Below, piece after piece: positions 43,578-46,272 of a stretch of DNA of 46,272 bases; positions within the stretch are counted from its first letter, which is position 1, and the number at the start of each line of letters is the position of its first letter. Under the pieces are notes generated by a model. It worked only from the letters and a program-made list of their open reading frames with translations, had not been told where the DNA came from and did no database searches. Position numbers and translations under genes: made by a program. Origin of the DNA: Candidatus Thorarchaeota archaeon (GTDB taxonomy: Archaea > Asgardarchaeota > Thorarchaeia > Thorarchaeales > Thorarchaeaceae); contig JBHLRZ010000004.1 of assembly GCA_048882045.1 (NCBI GenBank), positions 1-46,272 on the forward strand, given 5' to 3'.

Positions 43578-44498
43578 TTAATCTTTCTTTCCTGTGTGGA
43601 AATCAAGACCGAGAAGCTTCATCTCACTCGAGGTTATGTTCGTTTCTGGTGTGATTTCCACTCTTTCAACGGGTCTGAGGAGGTCGCTTAATCTACTAAA
43701 CGTAACCTCTCGAATCGGCAAGTTTCCTCGTACCATGAGATATGATGCTTTTCTGAACTTTTCAGGATCATAGCTGAACACATGACCTGGTCCAACAACT
43801 AACACTACATCTACTGACGCTAGTTTGTCCCATGGCCAAGCTGCATCATTGAAACCTTCAATCACTACTACATCAGATAAGTTCTCGATGACATTGAATG
43901 ATTCAGAAACATATCTCTCAAAGTTAATTTGTTCAAACTCCCGTACCGCTTCGAAACTGTTGACTTCTAGGATGGCAGCTCCTCTTGTCAGCTTGCCTAC
44001 TTCCTCGAGATTGATTATCAGCTGGTCAGCTTCGACTAATTTCTGTGCCAGCAAAACAGTCGTATCGACTCTAGAGCCGCTAGGCTTGCTGAACCGCTCC
44101 ATTGTTAGTATGGAACTCGACCCTGATAGACCAAGGGTGTTGGGAAGCGTCTGGAGGGGTCTCTCAATCCTCAATGGTACGAAGAGACTGTGGACCGGAT
44201 TTGCCAGTTCGATAGGGCTCTTTGAATTAAACGCACTTCTAACTCGCGTAGCATCCTTTGAAACCAGTTGTCCTTTCTCCAGGCAGTTTTTAGTATGTTC
44301 GTAGTTGAACCAGTAGTTGTGTCCACTCATTGGTTTGAAGTATTCAACAGTCTGACCATCTCCTGAGTATGCGCTGACTAGTTTCTTGGCAAGCTCGGTC
44401 TTCCCACTATCAAAGCTATTCATTCCTACGAGCAGGACCCTCTTGGTCAATTCATCAACCTCGTTGAAAAAGAGAAGAGTGGAGCCTTGCGGCTCCAA
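43578..44498 (-). CDS. Predicted archaeal P-loop ATPase/GTPase (COG4028-like, BioD/CobQ-type fold)
   Basis: SFDSGKT, YFKPMSGHNYW, NPVH, VVIEGFNDAAWP. The true start may be a few codons downstream. Confidence 0.7.
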   Translation of the reverse strand: MEPQGSTLLFFNEVDELTKRVLLVGMNSFDSGKTELAKKLVSAYSGDGQTVEYFKPMSGHNYWFNYEHTKNCLEKGQLVSKDATRVRSAFNSKSPIELANPVHSLFVPLRIERPLQTLPNTLGLSGSSSILTMERFSKPSGSRVDTTVLLAQKLVEADQLIINLEEVGKLTRGAAILEVNSFEAVREFEQINFERYVSESFNVIENLSDVVVIEGFNDAAWPWDKLASVDVVLVVGPGHVFSYDPEKFRKASYLMVRGNLPIREVTFSRLSDLLRPVERVEITPETNITSSEMKLLGLDFHTGKKD

Positions 44499-44515
44499 GT
44501 TTCATTGTTCGAAAG

Positions 44516-46174
44516 CTACATCATACCGGGCATTCCGCCCATGCCACCCATTCCGCCACCCATTCCACCGGCACCCGGTGGTGGAGCTGCAGTTGCCTTG
44601 GCTGCGATGACGTCGTCAATGCGCAAGATCATCTGGGCTGCTTCAGCTGCAGAACGGATTGCTTGACTCTTGACTCTGGCTGGCTCAATGACGCCTGCCT
44701 TCATCATGTCAACGGATTTGCCCTTCATCACATCGACACCGAACCAGATACCAGTCGCTTTTGAGTGGTCCTTATTCAAGTCTGCGATGAGATCAATGGG
44801 GTCGTGTCCACCGTTCTCTGTGAGGGTCTTTGGTATGATCCGAAGCGCCTCAGCAAATGCTTCAATAGCTAGCTGCTCACGACCGCCTACCTTGTTTGCA
44901 TATGATTCTAGTTGCCTAGCAATCTCGAGCTCAGTTGAGCCACCACCAGCAACATAGGTTCCGTCTTCAACAACATTTCTGACAACACAGAGTGCATCGT
45001 GAAGTGCACGGTCAGCCTCATCAACAACGTGCTCAGTTCCACCGCGGATCACAATGGATACTGCCTTTGGATCCTTGCAGTCCTTGACGTAGACGAGCTT
45101 GTCGTCGCCAATCTTGACCTCTTCGACAGTACCAGCAACGCCAAGATAACCGCCATTCAACTCATCAAGGTTGGTTGCTATCTTTCCGCCAGTTGCCTTG
45201 CTGAGCTTCTCGAGTGTGCTCTTCTTTGCCCTTCGGATGGCCATAATTCCTTTCTTGGCCAAGAAATGCTGAGCCACATCATCGATTCCCTTCTGACAGA
45301 CGAGAACGTTTGCTCCAGTTGCCACGATCTTGTCGACCATGTCAGTGAGCATCCTCTGCTCTTCGTCTAGGAATGCCTTGATCTGCTCAGGTCTGTCAAT
45401 CTTTATCTCAGCATCGAACTCGGTCTTTTCGACCTCGATAGCCGCGTTGACTAGAGCAATCTTTGCACCTTCGATCCTCTTTGGCATTGAAGCATGTACA
45501 ATCTCTTTGTCGATGACCATTCCCTTGACAAGTTCAGTCTCAGTCAGACTCTTACCTTGCTTCTTGATGATCTCGATCATCTCGATGTCAGCTCTGACAC
45601 GACCATCGACTTCCTCTGTGATCTGCAGTACAGAGTCGACAGCAAGCTTGGCAAAGTGATCCTTGGAACCACTAATTGACTTGCTGTTCATGGAGGTGGT
45701 CGCAATACCAGTTAGGATTTTCTTGTCTCTTCCCTCCATTGATACTGCAATTCCCTTCAGAATGTCAGTAGCCTTCTCAGCAGCTTTCTGATAACCTCCG
45801 ACAATGATAGTCGGATGAATCTTCTTCTCCAACAACTCCTGTGCTCTCTTAAGGAGCTCTCCAGCAATCACAACGGATGTGGTTGTACCATCGCCGGTCT
45901 CCTGATCTTGGCTCTTAGCCACCTCAACGAGCATCTTTGCTGCTGGGTGCTGTACGTCGATCTCCTTCAGAATTGATGCACCATCGTTTGTGATAGTGAC
46001 ATCTCCTAGGCTATCAACGAGCATCTTATCCATCCCTCGAGGACCCAGTGTGGACTTTACTGCGTCTGAGATGACGATACCAGCCATGATGTTGTTGGCT
46101 TGTGCGGACTTGCCGCGTGTTCTTGAAGTACCCTCCTTCAGAATCAGGATGGGTGTTCCAGACATTTGTGCCAT
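44516..46174 (-). CDS. ths: Thermosome (group II chaperonin) subunit
   Basis: STLGPRGMDKMLV, TNDGASIL, GDGTTT, GGM-repeat tail. Confidence 0.97.
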   Translation of the reverse strand: MAQMSGTPILILKEGTSRTRGKSAQANNIMAGIVISDAVKSTLGPRGMDKMLVDSLGDVTITNDGASILKEIDVQHPAAKMLVEVAKSQDQETGDGTTTSVVIAGELLKRAQELLEKKIHPTIIVGGYQKAAEKATDILKGIAVSMEGRDKKILTGIATTSMNSKSISGSKDHFAKLAVDSVLQITEEVDGRVRADIEMIEIIKKQGKSLTETELVKGMVIDKEIVHASMPKRIEGAKIALVNAAIEVEKTEFDAEIKIDRPEQIKAFLDEEQRMLTDMVDKIVATGANVLVCQKGIDDVAQHFLAKKGIMAIRRAKKSTLEKLSKATGGKIATNLDELNGGYLGVAGTVEEVKIGDDKLVYVKDCKDPKAVSIVIRGGTEHVVDEADRALHDALCVVRNVVEDGTYVAGGGSTELEIARQLESYANKVGGREQLAIEAFAEALRIIPKTLTENGGHDPIDLIADLNKDHSKATGIWFGVDVMKGKSVDMMKAGVIEPARVKSQAIRSAAEAAQMILRIDDVIAAKATAAPPPGAGGMGGGMGGMGGMPGMM

Positions 46175-46272
46175 TTTCGTTTCCCCAAATTTGGTATGAC
46201 AGTCCCACGTTCACGTAGTGTTCCTGTCCATTATGAAAAGTGTACAAGCACTTCGTGCTGTACAGCCTGATT

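Noticed and set aside
44516-44585. Short tandem repeats (CCGCCCATGCCACCCATT...)
   Set aside because: They encode the ordinary GGM tail of chaperonins.
2640-46247. Numerous 60-160 aa antisense or alternate-frame ORFs in the track
   Set aside because: They are shadows of long, motif-supported genes.

Overview
This is an archaeal chromosomal window. Markers include a thermosome, the HMG-CoA synthase/thiolase/DUF35 cluster, a DUF359 dephospho-CoA kinase, and TATA boxes with GGAGG/AGGTGA ribosome-binding sites. Gene style and content suggest an Asgard archaeon, probably Thorarchaeia-like (inference, not tested). From left to right: (1) A small variable region where single genes sit between degenerate copies of a ~43-bp sequence. 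That sequence is the 3' end of an unannotated ~102-nt structured RNA gene with its own TATA box. (2) A 2493-aa surface protein with two FG-GAP/VCBS propellers, 12 Ig-like repeats and a 7-TM C-terminal domain. (3) An apparently complete SMC5/6-type complex (SMC, kleisin, MAGE/Nse3-like KITE). The SMC-kleisin operon is led by a catalytically dead CDC48-type AAA protein and is divergent from a MoxR-AAA/metallopeptidase-vWA pair. An MFS exporter preceded by unannotated paralogous 32-aa peptides separates kleisin from KITE. (4) A five-gene operon joining a bifurcating-type NuoEFG/HydABC-like module that lacks a catalytic site to NfnAB. (5) Housekeeping genes: nnr, PPAT-DPCK fusion, two phosphoesterases, the mevalonate entry cluster, a SAMP, an AsnB-like protein, trxB and the thermosome, plus a second candidate structured RNA. 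Two genes appear to start at CTG. All calls come from motif reading by eye; no searches were run.
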